A stretch of 61,829 bases of DNA, counting the filler, from Porpidia crustulata (lineage: Eukaryota): the NCBI GenBank assembly GCA_964255105.1. It is 13 parts of 13 records of this genome, joined end to end, with 100 filler letters (N's around TTAATTAATTAA, not from the genome) between each part and the next. Parts side by side here need not be neighbours in the genome. Positions count along the whole stretch, not along the records: positions 33,424 to 38,085 come from CAXUWE010002025.1; positions 38,186 to 42,842 come from CAXUWE010002026.1; positions 42,943 to 47,594 come from CAXUWE010002027.1; positions 47,695 to 52,342 come from CAXUWE010002028.1; 9 more parts are not named here. One strand, written 5' to 3'. Below the pieces are notes generated by a model, which saw only the letters and a program-made list of their open reading frames with translations, did not search any database and was not told where the DNA came from. A program made the translations under genes and the position numbers. This document shows positions 35,882-49,229 of the stretch, one piece after another. Position 1 is the first letter of the stretch. Each line of letters begins with the position of its first letter.

Positions 35882-37584
35882 ATGGCAGGCTCAACTTTCA
35901 AACCCATGGACCTAGTCCCGAGTTCTATACGTCCCCGACTGTCGCCCAAAAGCCGGGGTTCTCTGGTTGCAAATGCCCAGCACGGGGGTGCCATAAACAA
36001 TAAACTTCTTCCTCATAACCTCACTGCATATCAAGCATCATTCCTTCACAATTTCGAAGACGTACCTTCTGCCTCCTCGCCTGGTCTACATTTTCCACAA
36101 GAGGACAGCTACCGGCAGGCGCTTTTCAATGAAGGATACCAAAGCGCCATCAAGGCATTGACAGAGGGTCCTGACAATGTGGTTCTACACCAGCTTGCAC
36201 AATCGCGATCTGTTTACTCCAGTAAGTTGCTAGCCATGACAGTGCCGGATACAATCGCCAGTGCTCTGGCTAATCAACCTCGATAGACAATCCGAGTCGA
36301 CTAGCAACGATTCCAGAATCGCCATCATATCCCGTCGTGGATTTCGAAATGCCGTACCACCCTTTGGAGATGCCACGGCCTCCTGCGTACCAGATGTCGC
36401 AGCACGGGAGCCCATTCAACCCACAAGAGTCATGGGGAGGTGGTCTTCAACCACATGGTTCTATTCGCTCGTTAAGCACCAATACCAATCCCTCGTATTC
36501 GTCCGATCAACCCTCGATATTCACACAGAATAGCTCCCAAGCCCCAACTGAGGGTAGCTCGATCTATTCATCCGAAGACTTTGCCCCTCAAGCTTCGATG
36601 GTGGAAGGCAATACCGGGAGCCAGGCCTTTCCAGATCTTTCCGAAAGCTTGCTTGATTGGGCAAACTATCGACCTCCCAACACTCCTATAAATCGTGTCG
36701 ATGCAGATGCACCTGAGTTCCCCAAGTCTCGAGTCTCTTCTGGCCCTATAAAGTACTCCTGCACGTTATGTGATTCGAAAGCCACGTTCAGAGGAAAGTC
36801 GGAGTGGAAAAGGCATGAACTATCTCATATGCCGTCGGTCGAGTACGTCTGCCTTCCTGAAGGCCACATGGATAGAGATTCTCGTTGCGCAATCTGTGGT
36901 GCGAACAACCCAGACATCCAACATGTCATCGAGCACAATGCTCACCTGTGCGTCGCAAAAGATGAGAGTTCAAGGACTTGGGTGCGCAAGGACAAGTTTG
37001 TTAAACATCTCGCGGGTCATGGTTTGTCTAGTACTTGTCCACAGGTGGCCAAGTGGAGTCGGAAACTCCCTCCAAGGATATCAGGATGCGGGTTCTGTAT
37101 TAGAGGCTTCCACGACTCCAACGAGCGTTCGGTGCACGTCGCCAAACATTTCGAAAGCGGTTGCGATCGGTCAGATTGGGACCTTTCCAAGGTGATCCTC
37201 GGCCAGCTGGGTCAACCACGCACTGCACTTAGCTGGCAGTCCATCCTCGGTGCTACCTTCGGCGGACATCCTTCGCCACCAATCTCGTGGTCGGAATCCC
37301 TGGCGCCCGGTATTCAGAAGCGTCTTGAAGAGGGTCGGGAGAACGGGCATGACCTTGCACTGGCAGCCTTTCAGTTGAGCTCTTTGTGTCGACCGGTAAC
37401 ACAAGATGAATCGACCCTGGATGAACATTCTCGGTCGGTCCTTGATCCGAACCAAGACACGGTCCTCCGGGTCGAGAACCTCCTAGGGACAGATTTAGAC
37501 CCATCCATGGATGACACGTCACAATCATGGTTCGATGATAGCGAACTGGTATCCGATAATCCTAGTGCCTGGGGTGTCTTTTGA
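35882..37584 (+). CDS. C2H2-type zinc-finger protein, probable transcription factor; intron 36222-36286; possible extra 5' exon from ATG 35749
   Basis: YSCTLC…F..KSEWKRHE..H, YVC, CAIC…H…H, WVRKDKFVKHLAGH and GCGFC…ER..HVAKHF form a typical Pezizomycotina finger array. A GTAAGT..GCTAAT..TAG intron joins ORF 35843-36286 to ORF 36337-37584 in frame. Confidence 0.8.
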
Positions 37585-38034
37585 ATCTCGAATCATGCGC
37601 TCACGATGAAAACCCATCAGATACGCACACCAGGATTCCCAAGCTCTTCGGAAGCCTAGACATACCATCTAGACCAATCCCTGGCCTTCATCCTACGCCT
37701 TTGCACCCTTTGCTTGTCCCAGGCTTCGAAACGTGTTTACAACTAGACTTCAGAAGTCAAGATGACTTGGACTGTATGAGCGTATCAACTATGACAGCAA
37801 AGGGCACCTAGCAATGCATCACAGGGCCAGTCCTTCATCCTCGTACGTCTAACCACCTGAATAATATTACCTTATCCCTCGCCATCAAGAACACAACGCT
37901 AACCAAAGATCGCTTGACCAGGAAACCGCCATGTACCTAGGAATTCTCCCAACCAAATCAAGCTCACCACCAGGGCCTCCCATCTCCGCCACCTCCAGCT
38001 TGATTCTTCCACAAACAATATCAAATCACCCCCC

Positions 38035-38036
<2 letters not shown>

Positions 38037-38085
<49 letters not shown>
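38037..38085. other. Poly-G run (49 nt) at contig end, probable sequencing artefact
   Basis: Pure G homopolymer abutting the linker, typical of two-colour Illumina no-signal tails. Confidence 0.75.
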
Positions 38086-38185
38086 NNNNNNNNNNNNNNN
38101 NNNNNNNNNNNNNNNNNNNNNNNNNNNNNTTAATTAATTAANNNNNNNNNNNNNNNNNNNNNNNNNNNNNNNNNNNNNNNNNNNN
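38086..38185. other. Artificial contig linker
   Basis: N44-TTAATTAATTAA-N44. Confidence 0.97.
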
Positions 38186-38355
38186 AGTCTATTACTCTCT
38201 CTGTTTATATCTTGTGTTGTTAAAGGGACAACCGTTACAACTGTAAATTATCAACTTCAGGACATTTGATATTCATGATAGGCCGGGGCTCATTGATTGG
38301 TACAAGTCTTGAGCCATATGCTCTATCTTGTTAGAAAGATGCCGTCTGCCTCATA

Positions 38356-38658
38356 AGCAAATGAAATCATGCAGCTGCTTGCTGCCTTGAATTTCAATAG
38401 CGAATCTTAGCTTCGCCCGATGCACACTGGTGAATCATCTCCGACTCGATAGTACATTCCTTGTTAGAGTACACAACTTAGACACGCCTCATGAGCGCAT
38501 AGACAAATGCAGCTGCTTGTTGTTTTGAATTTCGCTAGCAAATCGAAACTTTGCTCGATGCGCGAAAGCTGAAAGAGTTGACACACTGATATGAACTATC
38601 TCTGACTCGACAGTGCAGTCTTTTAGAAGTGCATAATCCGGATATGTCTCTTGTGCAT
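38356..38658. repeat. Degenerate tandem duplication, 2 x ~145-155 bp
   Basis: ATGCAGCTGCTTG.TG..TTGAATTTC..TAGC.AATC…CGATGC…ACTCGA.AGT.CA recurs at about 38369 and 38507, with an ~20-nt indel. Confidence 0.7.
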
Positions 38659-39205
38659 CAGTGGTAGATCAATCAGCGTGTTCTTAATGTAGGCGAGAAA
38701 GCGAGTCATCTAGCTCAGCAGCTGATTCGCGCACCGTGCCCCTTCTTCTAACTTCACGAGTCCCCTCAGTCTATTGTAACCTCACATCGATGCTGGGGAT
38801 AAGCCATGCCGTCCCACACGAAAGCCAGGATGAGCCTCTTACGTGGCTCTCTCTCATCCTTACACTTGCCCGTACTTCCTCCTTCTCTTCTACCCCAACC
38901 TTTGCGGCCTCGTACGGACTAGTCGAAGAATCAGGCAAATGACAGTACATGCAGCATACTACACTAAGATGGCACCTGAGACTGGACCTACATAGTGCAT
39001 AGTAATAGCTTCACGTCAGCTATGGCGCATACGTGCGTAGCAGGGAGATTTTATCTAGCCAATACTATAAATTTCCCAGGGCCTGTTCTACAAAGGTTCG
39101 GTAAGTAATCCGCGTCACGTTATTGAGTACGCTGCCTTCATATATGGTGGCGACCTCCGCGCTCAGGAACAGCAAGTCTTTCCATTCGTGCACTACTCAA
39201 TAGCT

Positions 39206-40335
39206 ATGTCTCGAGACGTCCTCACTTTCGGCAGACAAAATGAGGCGTCCGTGGTCAGGACTCTTTAGCCCCAACTCATTCAATCTGATAAGTTGGCTTT
39301 GGTATAGTCTATATATTCAACACTGGATGTGCCAATATCAAACTGGCTTCCTTTTGCATCCCGTGGTGCCCACTGATAAAGATAGCTTAACGATTGTTGA
39401 TGTTGCATGCGGAACAGGGTCAGTATTTAGTACTTCCCATAGTCTGATAGAGTGCCTAATACGAGTATAGGATATGGCTCGTTAATATACCTCGGTCACT
39501 CCCTAACGCTCAGCTCGATGGATTCGACATCTCGTCAGCCCACTTTCCGTCAAAGCACGAACTGCCCAGAAAAGTGACTCTTCAGATACATGATGCTTTG
39601 GAGTCGGTTCCGGAGCGTTTTGTTGGGAAGTATGATATTGTTCATGTTGGTCGGATCAACCTTTTTGTCCGCAATGAGAATCCCTCGCCTTTGCTGGAGA
39701 ATTTCATGACCATGCTTAGTGAGTATCAATCCACATCTAGGTCCGCAATCCTTGTGCAGATCATAAACATAAGGCTGACAGGGACTCATTGTCCCTTCCA
39801 GAACCAGGAGGCTATATTCATTGGGACGAGTTAGATGTAGGCGGCATGCATGCAACAAATGCTGATGCCAGAAAGTAACACCCACACTTTCGTCAATTGG
39901 ACCGCTATAGCAAAGCCTGGCTCGAGACTCAAGGCTGTACATCACGGTAGGTTGCATGCACAGGCTCTTCTTAGAAAGGTCTTAATAACGATCTCTTACG
40001 TGGGACTTCATAGCTGGGTCAGCGAAATGCCTGCTCTGTTCCACAGCCACGGCCTCCGGGTACATGATTACAATCGGGTCCCTATCGGCGATCATATGGC
40101 AAAAGCATAGACTGAGATGCAGATTATGGCTAACCGCGACTTCGTGGAGAATGATATAATTCCTTCCACCATAGATAACCCTGCCCTGCCAAGCGCCAAA
40201 ACGTGGCGCGAGATGCTGGTGGGTGTAGAAGAGGAATGTCAACAGGGCTTACGACTCTTGATGGACATTTTCTATATTGTGGGACAGAAAAGTTCAACAT
40301 TTTTTAAGATAGGGATCGGCATGTGCGACGTTTGA
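39206..40335 (+). pseudogene. SAM-dependent methyltransferase (UMTA/LaeA-like, secondary-metabolism type) pseudogene
   Basis: LYIQHW…FLLHP…IVDVACGTG/IWL…LDGFDIS…YDIVH…ML/KPGGYIHWDELD. Introns are at 39419-39470, 39719-39801 and 39947-40013. In-frame stops are TAA 39876-39878 and TAG 40108-40110. The expected first donor at 39235 reads AC rather than GT. Confidence 0.82.
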
Positions 40336-40534
40336 AAAGCCGCAATATACAGTACCGGCATAATAGTGTATCATTCGTAATCGCGACGTAGCAGTCTATT
40401 TGCCTTCTTTTTGCGCCGCCTGACTTCACATGTTGCAACTTCTTCTACGGAGTATGTTACGCCAAGCTAGAAGGTAAGAACTCTTGACGACGAGCACTTG
40501 AGTATCCACAAACCCTACTCCGTTTAGACACGCT

Positions 40535-42234
40535 ATGGATTTAGACAAGGCCATAAACGAGTCTTTGGGACGCGCTTCCACAATCCCCAAAGCCCTCGAG
40601 GTGTCCGCACAAGGCGAGAAACAAGAGTCCGTATAGTCCAAAAACGGCTGGCGCTTCTGGGCAATTTTCCCCGGCCTCTGCATCACGTCCATCCTTACAG
40701 CGCTCGATTCCATGATCATGTCCACCGCCCTCCCAACAATCGTCGGTGGACTACATTCATCATCTCTCTATGTGTGGACAATCAACGCCTATACTCTTAC
40801 CTTGACCGCTGTACAACCGCTCTACGGCCAGGCTGCCGACATCTTTGGTCGCAAGGTTGTCATGATAGTAGCTATTTGCCTCTTTATACTGGGCAGCGGC
40901 ATCTGCGGTGGCGCAAAAAATACGGCGATGCTAGTCGGGGGCCGTGCGGTGCAAGGACTCGGTGGTGGTGGCCTTAGTATTCTACCAGCTATGGTGGTTT
41001 GCGACTTAGTCCTATTACGTGAGCGGCAAAAATATACGGGGCTGATCTACGGGGCGTTTGCCATTGGTACAGTCATCGGTCCCGTCGTAGGGGGGACTTT
41101 GGTCGAAGGCGTAGGGTGGCGGTGGATATTTTGGCTGAATCTGCCCGTGGCCGCTGTTGCGCTCGGGCTTGTAGTGATGTTCTTACAGGTCAACCATGAC
41201 CGCAAGGGCACCACCTGGAGACAGCTTGCCGGCATTGACTACATTGGCAACGCAATTCTTATGGCTGCTGTAACGTCGGTTTTGATGGCTTTGTCCGGGG
41301 CGGGTACAACAAACCTGTGGAACTCTTGGCGCACGCTCGTTCCGTTACTGTTGGGCTCCTTGGGTCTGCCGTTATATGTAGCTTTCGAATCTTCGCCATG
41401 GTGTCAGCAGCCCACAACACCGTTCCGGCTCTTCGTGAATAGGACATCTGTCATTGCTTTTATGCTCACCTTTCTCCATGGCGTGATCCTGTACTGGGCG
41501 ACCTACTTCATGCCGATCTATTTCCAAGCCGTCTTACAGACTTCACCACAACGATCATGAGTCAATACCCTGGCAGCTGCTATTCCTCTAGTCCCATTCG
41601 GAATTTTGGGAGGAGTAATGATCGCGAGGACTGGCCGTTACAAGCTCAATCGGGTGGTAGGCTTTGCTCTAGCAGCCATCGCGATTGGTTGCTTTAGCCT
41701 ATTGAACGCGGACTCGTCGACAATAGAATGGGTTATCTTGCAGATCATATTCGCCGCCGGGGCAGGTATCGTTCTAACCGCCACCTTGCCCGCCATACAA
41801 GCACCGCTGCCGGAATCGGACGTGGGCACTGCAAATGCGACATGGGGTTTTGTTCAAAGCCTTGGGTTCGTTTGTGGAGTGGCTATTTCGTCCAGTATAT
41901 TTGATACCGAGTTCAGCAACTTGCTGTCGCACATTGACGATCCCTCGGTTCGAAAGGTGCTGGGCGCGGGAGGCGCTTATGAGCATGCTTCGCGAGATTT
42001 GTGGGCTCGTTGTGAGGCGATTTGTAGATGCAAGTTATCGGCGTCTTTGTAGCGAGTTTGAAACTGGTATGGGAAGTTGGCTCCGCATTTGCGATACTCG
42101 GGTTTCTTGCAGCAATTTTCATTCAAGATGTCGAATTAAGGGTGAACCTGAAGACGAAGTTTGGTCACAACAATGGGAAGAACCCATCTTCTAGCAGGGA
42201 GACTTCAAATATAAGGTCTAGTACGAAAGTCTAA
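40535..42234 (+). pseudogene. MFS drug/toxin efflux transporter (DHA2, 14-TMS type) pseudogene
   Basis: Motifs GWRFWAIF, STALPTI, QPLYGQAADIFGRK, GRAVQGLGGGG, WRWIFWLNLP and YFQAV…SP.RS. Stops occur at 40634-40636, 41558-41560, 42013-42015 and 42025-42027, with a frameshift near 42000. Confidence 0.9.
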
Positions 42235-42842
42235 ACGACTATATCAGAGCTTGTCAGTAGAGTTTTCATTTGTGTCTTTTTTTTAAAACAATTTCGCTCC
42301 TTTTTTTCACTTAATTATTACGCTCTCGAATACTTTAAGCATTATACTAAGACCTGATTTAAAGCATATTTTAATGATGTAAAATGAGATAAAAAAGAGT
42401 GGGAGTTTAGCGCTTCCGTTTTAAAATATATTGCATAATTGTAAGAGAAAGTGTTGGAGGATCAGGTATGGAATTGATGGCATCGGTATTAATGTTGCTA
42501 TTAGGAAGTTATCTAGGGGTGGGAACAGGAAATTGGAAAATTTCTACTACTCTAGCATCCCCAGTCAAATGTGGCGAAGATTGCCGATAAATCCCCAAAT
42601 TCCAACAAGAATCGATCCAGAGCGTGAATGTAACGAATTTTAAAAAGTAATAGAATGCTCTGAGTGGGTTTCAGGACAGACCGGCAATGGTGAGATTTTG
42701 AAATATAACGAGATATTGTGCTAGAAAAGATCTAGACTATAAGCCTACCTTCCTTCATCACATTATCCACGCTGGCCTTCTGTAATTCTTTTCCCTCGCA
42801 CTAGCCCTTCGCTCTAACGGAATGTCTTTTCTCAGGAGATTC

Positions 42843-42942
42843 NNNNNNNNNNNNNNNNNNNNNNNNNNNNNNNNNNNNNNNNNNNNTTAATTAATTAANN
42901 NNNNNNNNNNNNNNNNNNNNNNNNNNNNNNNNNNNNNNNNNN
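42843..42942. other. Artificial contig linker
   Basis: N44-TTAATTAATTAA-N44. Confidence 0.97.
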
Positions 42943-44913
42943 GTATGGGTGTGTGGGTGGGTCGTAAAGTGCTGCTCCTGGGTGCGGCGGGGGGTATGGG
43001 TATGTCGGTTGGTGGTTGTAGGGGTCCGTGGATTGGGGGTAAGGTGCCGGAGGTAGGTACGGGTTGGGTTGTGGCGGTGAGCGCGGTTGGTAGCTGGTGT
43101 GTTGAGGATATAGTGGGCTTTCGGCTCCGGGTCCGGGTTGCGAGTAGAAGCCGTTGTTTTGGTTGGGAGACGAAAAGCTATGGCGATCAGGTCGGTCGCC
43201 GTTTTCGTTCCTGCTGGGACCGCCGCGATGTCGCCCGTCTCCTCTCCCACCTCTGCGGTCCCCACGTGCTCTTCCGCGGTCGCCTTGGCCCCGGTTTCCA
43301 CGACTATTGATGGGATTATGTTCGGCGACGGTGGTGCTCTCCAAGGGCGCTTCCCGGTGGCCCATGATCTCGTGCAGGTTTGATGGCCTCGCGAGGGGGG
43401 TGTACAACTCATCTCCGTCGGATTTTGGGTCGTCGTAGTTTATTGCGCCTGTATCTCCGTGTTGCTTGTTGAAATCCCTCACTCGATCCTGGATATTCCT
43501 GTCCTGAAACCCATTCCCTCCTCTGTTCCCTCGATTTCCCCGATTCCCTTGCCCTCCCTGCTGCCGACCCCTGGAAGATCCATCTCTATCTCCTGTCCTG
43601 GCTTCTCGCTTCGATTGCCTCTGCATCTTGACACGCCTTTTGTGCTCCATCTCAGCTTCATCATCGGAAAACTCAAGCTCGTCATCACCAACTTCCTCGT
43701 CGTGCAGATTGGATGCATCAGATCCTTTGATGGCTTTGATGGCTTGCGTGAAAGCATAGTAGGCGAGCTTTTGTACGTAGAAAATCTTCACGTTTTTGGA
43801 AATGCCGATGTCATTGATGGTAGCGGCGTTTGTGAACCGAACAGAGTAAAACGGCTGTTGAACGCGACCCAAAGTTTCGGCGATGACACCAATCACTGTT
43901 CTGTTTTCTAGGCAGAGCACGGAGCCGGTTTCTAGGACTCGGTATTCACCAGATATCTTTGCTTTGATGAGCACGAGATTGTCCACTAGATTTTCGACAG
44001 TGCCAAGCTCTTCAGTGATCATGTCTGCAGTGATCGTGACACTAGGCTTCTCCACAATATCATCAGGTTTTTCGTTGAGGGTGCGGACGTGGCCATTGCC
44101 GGAGCCTTTCGTTCCTTTCCCTCCCCCTTCACCATCGGAGCCGATGTCTTCGGCCATGAGGCGACGGGCTTCCTCTTCGGGATCAAGCATTTGGTAATCA
44201 TTACTGTCATCTGATGAAGAAGAATCGGTAGATGTGTCTGACGATGAGGATCCAATGGGGGACGAGTCGATCTCAAATTCCGGCTCGCCTTGATCTCCGT
44301 TGACTCCACCGGCTTCAGGGAGATCTTTCGTGGCTGTGTTTTGAATTATCTCTGCTTCCGCTGTAAGTATCCGATCGTTATCGTTGAGGTCCTGACCAGG
44401 TTTTGAAGCCGATAAACCTGCTGCAGTAGTAGGGACCATTTGCTCATTGCCGGCTTGCAGAATGTCTACGAAAGTCTCAGCTACGCCCTGCGCATGCTGT
44501 CGAACCTCAATTTGTTTATGGTCAAGGTCCGTAGTAGATGTGTTTTCCAATTCCGGAGCTTGCTGCAATAGACCGCTATTTTCTTTGCTGCTACTTCCAG
44601 CTCGAGGCTCTAGACACTGTGGTGGAAGGGGGGCGTCGCTCTCAGCTTCTGGTAGGATACCTGTGATTAGGTCTGGCGAGCATCCTGGATTTGACCTTGA
44701 GTGATCATCTCTCGCAGTCGCAGTGTCTTGCGGAGAACTTGAGATTGCGGTATTCGTATCTGGTACGACGCTGCCCTTAAATCCTAGACCTGGCAGTTGG
44801 AAAGTCGACGACGAAGTCTCGGACAAAACTAACGGGTCATGCATATTCGGGACCGGGGCTGTTTCGAGAATGCCTGCTGGAGCCTTCGGTGTGTTGCCAT
44901 AAACGTCGTCCAT
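42943..44913 (-). CDS. NAF1: H/ACA snoRNP assembly factor Naf1, 3'-truncated
   Basis: Ser/Asp tract, Gar1/Naf1 domain (VLETGSVLC…VIAETLGRVQQPFYSVRF), KGSDASNLHDEEV…EFSDDEAE, and an RGG- and Pro/Tyr-rich C-terminus. Confidence 0.92.
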
Positions 44914-45243
44914 CTCGTCAGGAACCTTTGGCTAGGAAGCTTTCACTCGAGGTTTTATGGTGAGGGAAGCTCAAACTCAGCTGTGACATCAGGAACTATG
45001 CTCAGATACTATACTGTGACTTCGGGACTATAAGTCAAGAGAACATAGTTCTTTTTCTTTCACATCGTTCTTTTGATCTAGATTTTCCACGCGAGGCACG
45101 AGGATATAAAAATTTAAAGTTTTATGATAAGGTTGCATTAGCGAGTGAGCGGCCCGTGAGGCGCTAAATTAGTATTGAAGTTGGGGATTCCTTGAAACTC
45201 ATTTTCTCTTTTGCACCTTCCCACTCTCCTATACTTTACATCA

Positions 45244-47195
45244 ATGCCCGCAACGAAGGGCCAGGTCGCGAAGACCGCAAGTCAAGATACAGAGTCTCAA
45301 AATGGTAGGAAGCTGGGATCAGCACCAATTAAATCCCCAGCTCGACGTCTGCCAAATGGAAATGCGAACAAGAAGCTGCCTCCACCAGACCAATACCTCA
45401 TGACCATCTCCGCATTCTACATATATCTATTCGCAAACACCATAGCCGCATTGTATGCACCAATACAAGACTGTGACGAAGTCTTCAACTTCTGGGAACC
45501 GACACATTACCTCAACCATGCCTTTGGTCTGCAAACTTGGGAATACTCTCCCGAGTTCTCGATCCGCAGCTGGCTCTACATCGTCATCCATGCGATCATT
45601 GGCAAATTGGGCTCCCTCCTCTCATCAAAGAAGACATTCGAATTCTACTTTATCCGTGTGGCACTCGGATTTGCTTGCGCCGTGTGCCAATCGCGCCTCT
45701 TCTCCACAATTTCAAGAACCCTAAATCCAAGAATTGGAGTCCTGTTTATGCTTGCAACACTGTTCAGTCCCGGGATGTTCCACGCATCGGTCGCATTTTT
45801 ACCTTCGAGCTTCTCGATGTATACCACGATGCTGGGCATGGCTGCTTTCATGGACTGGAAAGGCGGGTTGAAGTCCGCTCAGGGCATCATGTGGTTCGGC
45901 ATCGGAGCTATCGTTGGTTGGCCATTTTCCGGTGCTCTAATTGCTCCTTTTGTGTTGGAAGACATTGTGCTTGCTTCAATGATGGGAGAAGCGAGCGAAA
46001 TCGCTTGGAGATACATAGATGGAATTGTGAGATCCTTACTTGCCCTGGTAATACACTCCTCTATCAATCTCCATTGACTGTGGCGGCTAAATAGTGACAG
46101 GCTCTACAAATCGCCATCGACATGTTCTTTTACCATGATGTCGTAGTAGTCCCGTGGAAGATTGTGTCTTACAACATATTCAGTGGCTCTTCGCGTGGGC
46201 CCAACATATTTGGCACCGAGCCCTGGGACTATTATGTTCGCAACCTACTTCTGAATTTCAACATCTGGTTCCTGCTCGCCATGGCTGCGGGACCGCTTCT
46301 GACAATACAATTCGCGTTTGGCGGTCAAACCAGGACAAGTCAAAATTGGATAAGGAACGTCGTATTTGTTACTCCGTTCTATCTTTGGCTTTTGATATTC
46401 TCTACCCAAGCACACAAGGAAGAGCGGTTCATGTACCCAGCTTACCCGTGCCTCGGTCTGAACGCGGCCATTGCTTTACATACCATGCTCGGCTACATTG
46501 GATCATCGGATCCGAAGAAACTTATCAGCAAAATACCGCCGGTCCTGAGGTTGATCTTTGTGAGCACAATCGTCACACTATCTCTCGACGTGGGCGTCTT
46601 CCGTACCTACGGTCTCGTTAGTGCCTATCGGGCGCCTCTGCAAATATACGCGCCACTGCAACGCCCAGAATACGCTGGAGCCGAAGAGACCGTCTGCGTC
46701 GCCAAGGAATGGTACCGATTCCCCTCTTCCTATTTCCTACCAAACAACATGCGGGCCAAATTCATCAAGAGCGCTTTCGACGGACTCCTCCCCGGAGACT
46801 TCAACGAAGCAAAAATCGGCTTCGGCCTCTTCCCCGGCACCTGGTTGATCCCCCCCGGAATGAACGATCAGAACCTAGAGGATCCCGGGAAACACGTACG
46901 ATCCTTACGAATCTCATCTCCATACCTACTACACTAACTAATCACACAGTTCGACATCGACCATTGCACATTCCTAGTCGACTCGTACTTCCCCGGCACC
47001 CCGCCATCCCCACTCGAGCCCAACTACGTCCAAGACACCGCAAACTGGGAGGAACTGCAATGCGCTAGCTTCCTCGACACGTCGCGCACGCACGCTCTGG
47101 CCCGCATCCTGTGGGTGCCTGGCCTCGATATCATCCCGGCCCGGTATCGACGGAGATGGGGCCGCCATTGCTTGCTAAAACGGAAACGCGCCTAG
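45244..47195 (+). CDS. ALG9: Dol-P-Man alpha-1,2-mannosyltransferase Alg9 (GT22); introns 46048-46100 and 46896-46949
   Basis: PIQDCDEVFNFWEPTHYL, QTWEYSPEFSIRSW, AFLPSSF, GWPF, HKEERFMYP, KEWYRFPSSYFLP and CTFLVD. Confidence 0.95.
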
Positions 47196-47594
47196 GACCT
47201 CGTCTTAACGGCCTTTTTGGTGTTTATATATAAGACTTGTGTTTGTATAAGAACCATTTCACTGATAATTATATGTAGACTAGGTACGTATCTACGTGGA
47301 TTCTGGAATTGGGGTGTAACATAGATTGGGAAAAGGAGTCTTGGGGCCTTGAGAGATCATTGCGGAGGTGGGAAATCGTTGTACCGGATGGGCGCGCTAA
47401 CCACGATTGGGTCGAAATTCCGGGTAGGCGATAGCTGGGGGGCATGACGGAGCGCAGGAAATACTGATAGCACTGATACCCCACATTTCACCACTTATCT
47501 GCGAATTGCTTTACATCAATGTCTGGCGAATTTCTTCTTTCAACGGTTTGCCGTTATTCCTTTTAATTCACTTCCATTGCCCATGGATTAGAAT

Positions 47595-47694
47595 NNNNNN
47601 NNNNNNNNNNNNNNNNNNNNNNNNNNNNNNNNNNNNNNTTAATTAATTAANNNNNNNNNNNNNNNNNNNNNNNNNNNNNNNNNNNNNNNNNNNN
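47595..47694. other. Artificial contig linker
   Basis: N44-TTAATTAATTAA-N44. Confidence 0.97.
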
Positions 47695-48655
47695 CTAGCT
47701 CTGTATATCTCGAGGGGTTGGTGAGGGCGGAATCTGAAGTGGGGGTTGGGGATAGGGTGCGTTGTAGGTGCAGGGTGCGTGATTGTACCAATTTGATGAG
47801 GTGGGAGAGGGGGCGAAGTTCGGAGGCGAGGAGGAAGATGGTGAGGTTGTAGTTGGAGACGAGGCCTTCGGAGGGACGGGAAAGCTGGGCGCGGATGGTA
47901 TGGAGGAGCCAGGCACCGAAGAGAGGGGATATGAAACAGGCAAGCAGGGCCAGCATTTCGTGGAAGCGGAGTTCAGACGCGGCAGAGGTTTGCGTGGGAG
48001 TAGGGGCTTTAGTTGATGTGACGGTGGGCGTAAGCGCGGGCATGGCATCTTTGCGTTCCGTGGATGGAGAGCCTGCGGGAGTTGTCTGGTTTGAGGAGCT
48101 GGAATCTTCGAGAACGGCGGAATCGGTGTATGAAGCATCGGTTTCTGGTGAGCGACACGATTGTGCCGAAGAGTACCAATCCCTATACAGTAGATGAGCC
48201 CAGCTTCACCAGTAATGAACCAAAATATTCAAAGCTTACCATGGTAGCCGGACGGACCAATTCAAAAAGACTGCTGCCAGCCCCAATAGTGTTACGTCCG
48301 TCACCACCGCACTTCCGTTTTGAAACAACAGTCCACCAACTGCAGGTAGCAAAGCTAGCGCCAAAGGAGCCGAATGCCAATGAGACGGTTCGTGAATTGT
48401 TCCTATACTATTATCCTTGACCTTCGGCAGAAGCAGGTCATCCGTCGATGAGAATATAGATTGCCTTGCCTCACTGATCGAGTCCGAAAATGTTGAGCTT
48501 CGCCGAACGTTGTGAGGCGTGGGAGCCTCAAAGGAAGTTGAGGCACGGCCTAGAGGCCTGTGACGAAGAGGCGACTGGCTTGCCCTCGCCGATGTTTGCG
48601 CGGTCGAGAAGGCTAGGGGATTCGGCGGAACCGTATTGCTTTCCTCCTCGGCCAT
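47695..48655 (-). CDS. Conserved fungal membrane protein of unknown function, 3'-truncated; intron 48183-48239
   Basis: SHWHSAPLALALLPAVGGLLFQNGSAVVTD…FLNWSVRLPW/DWY…ELRFHE…LSRPSEGLVSNYNLTIFLLASELRP…RTLHLQR. The GTAAGC..TAG intron is in frame. Confidence 0.8.
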
Positions 48656-49229
48656 GGTGGGGAGATCAAGTTTCAAATGGTGCCTGGGGGGTAATGGCAT
48701 GGTGTTCTCTTACCCACGGCCATATAGAGAATAAAGCCGTTTTGGGAATGATGGATGCAACACTTATGGGTCATTGACATCGTTTGAGGAAGGAGGAGAT
48801 GTCGTCCTGTCGACCTGTCCATGTCCTCTTTCTTGATTTCGATCAAGTCGCGTGGGATGCTGCGAGTGGTGCATCTCCCGCTGTCATGACGCGACACTCG
48901 GCGCTAACACCAAGCTTATTCAGGAAACTTCTCACCTACTCACTTCCGCTGAAGTTTGTCAATTATGTCTCTTTATCCTGCGACATTCATGATCAGTTGT
49001 CTTTATATGTTCAAGTCCACACGTATACTATCTAGATATAGGCGTCCCTAATATGTTTTGTGCGCTGAACATACGTAAAAGGCCGTGTCCTAGACATCCA
49101 GATGAATACATCTGCAGTATTCCTACATTACTTCTACTTCCTGTCTCGTTAGTTTCAGCTTATACGGTCATGTGGTTGTTGTCAATTCTGTTTGCGTGTG
49201 GTTATTCGCCATATTTTTGGGATGTCTTG

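Noticed and set aside
38037..38085. Poly-G tract as a G-quadruplex or poly-Gly ORF
   Set aside because: Located at the contig terminus and typical of a sequencing artefact.
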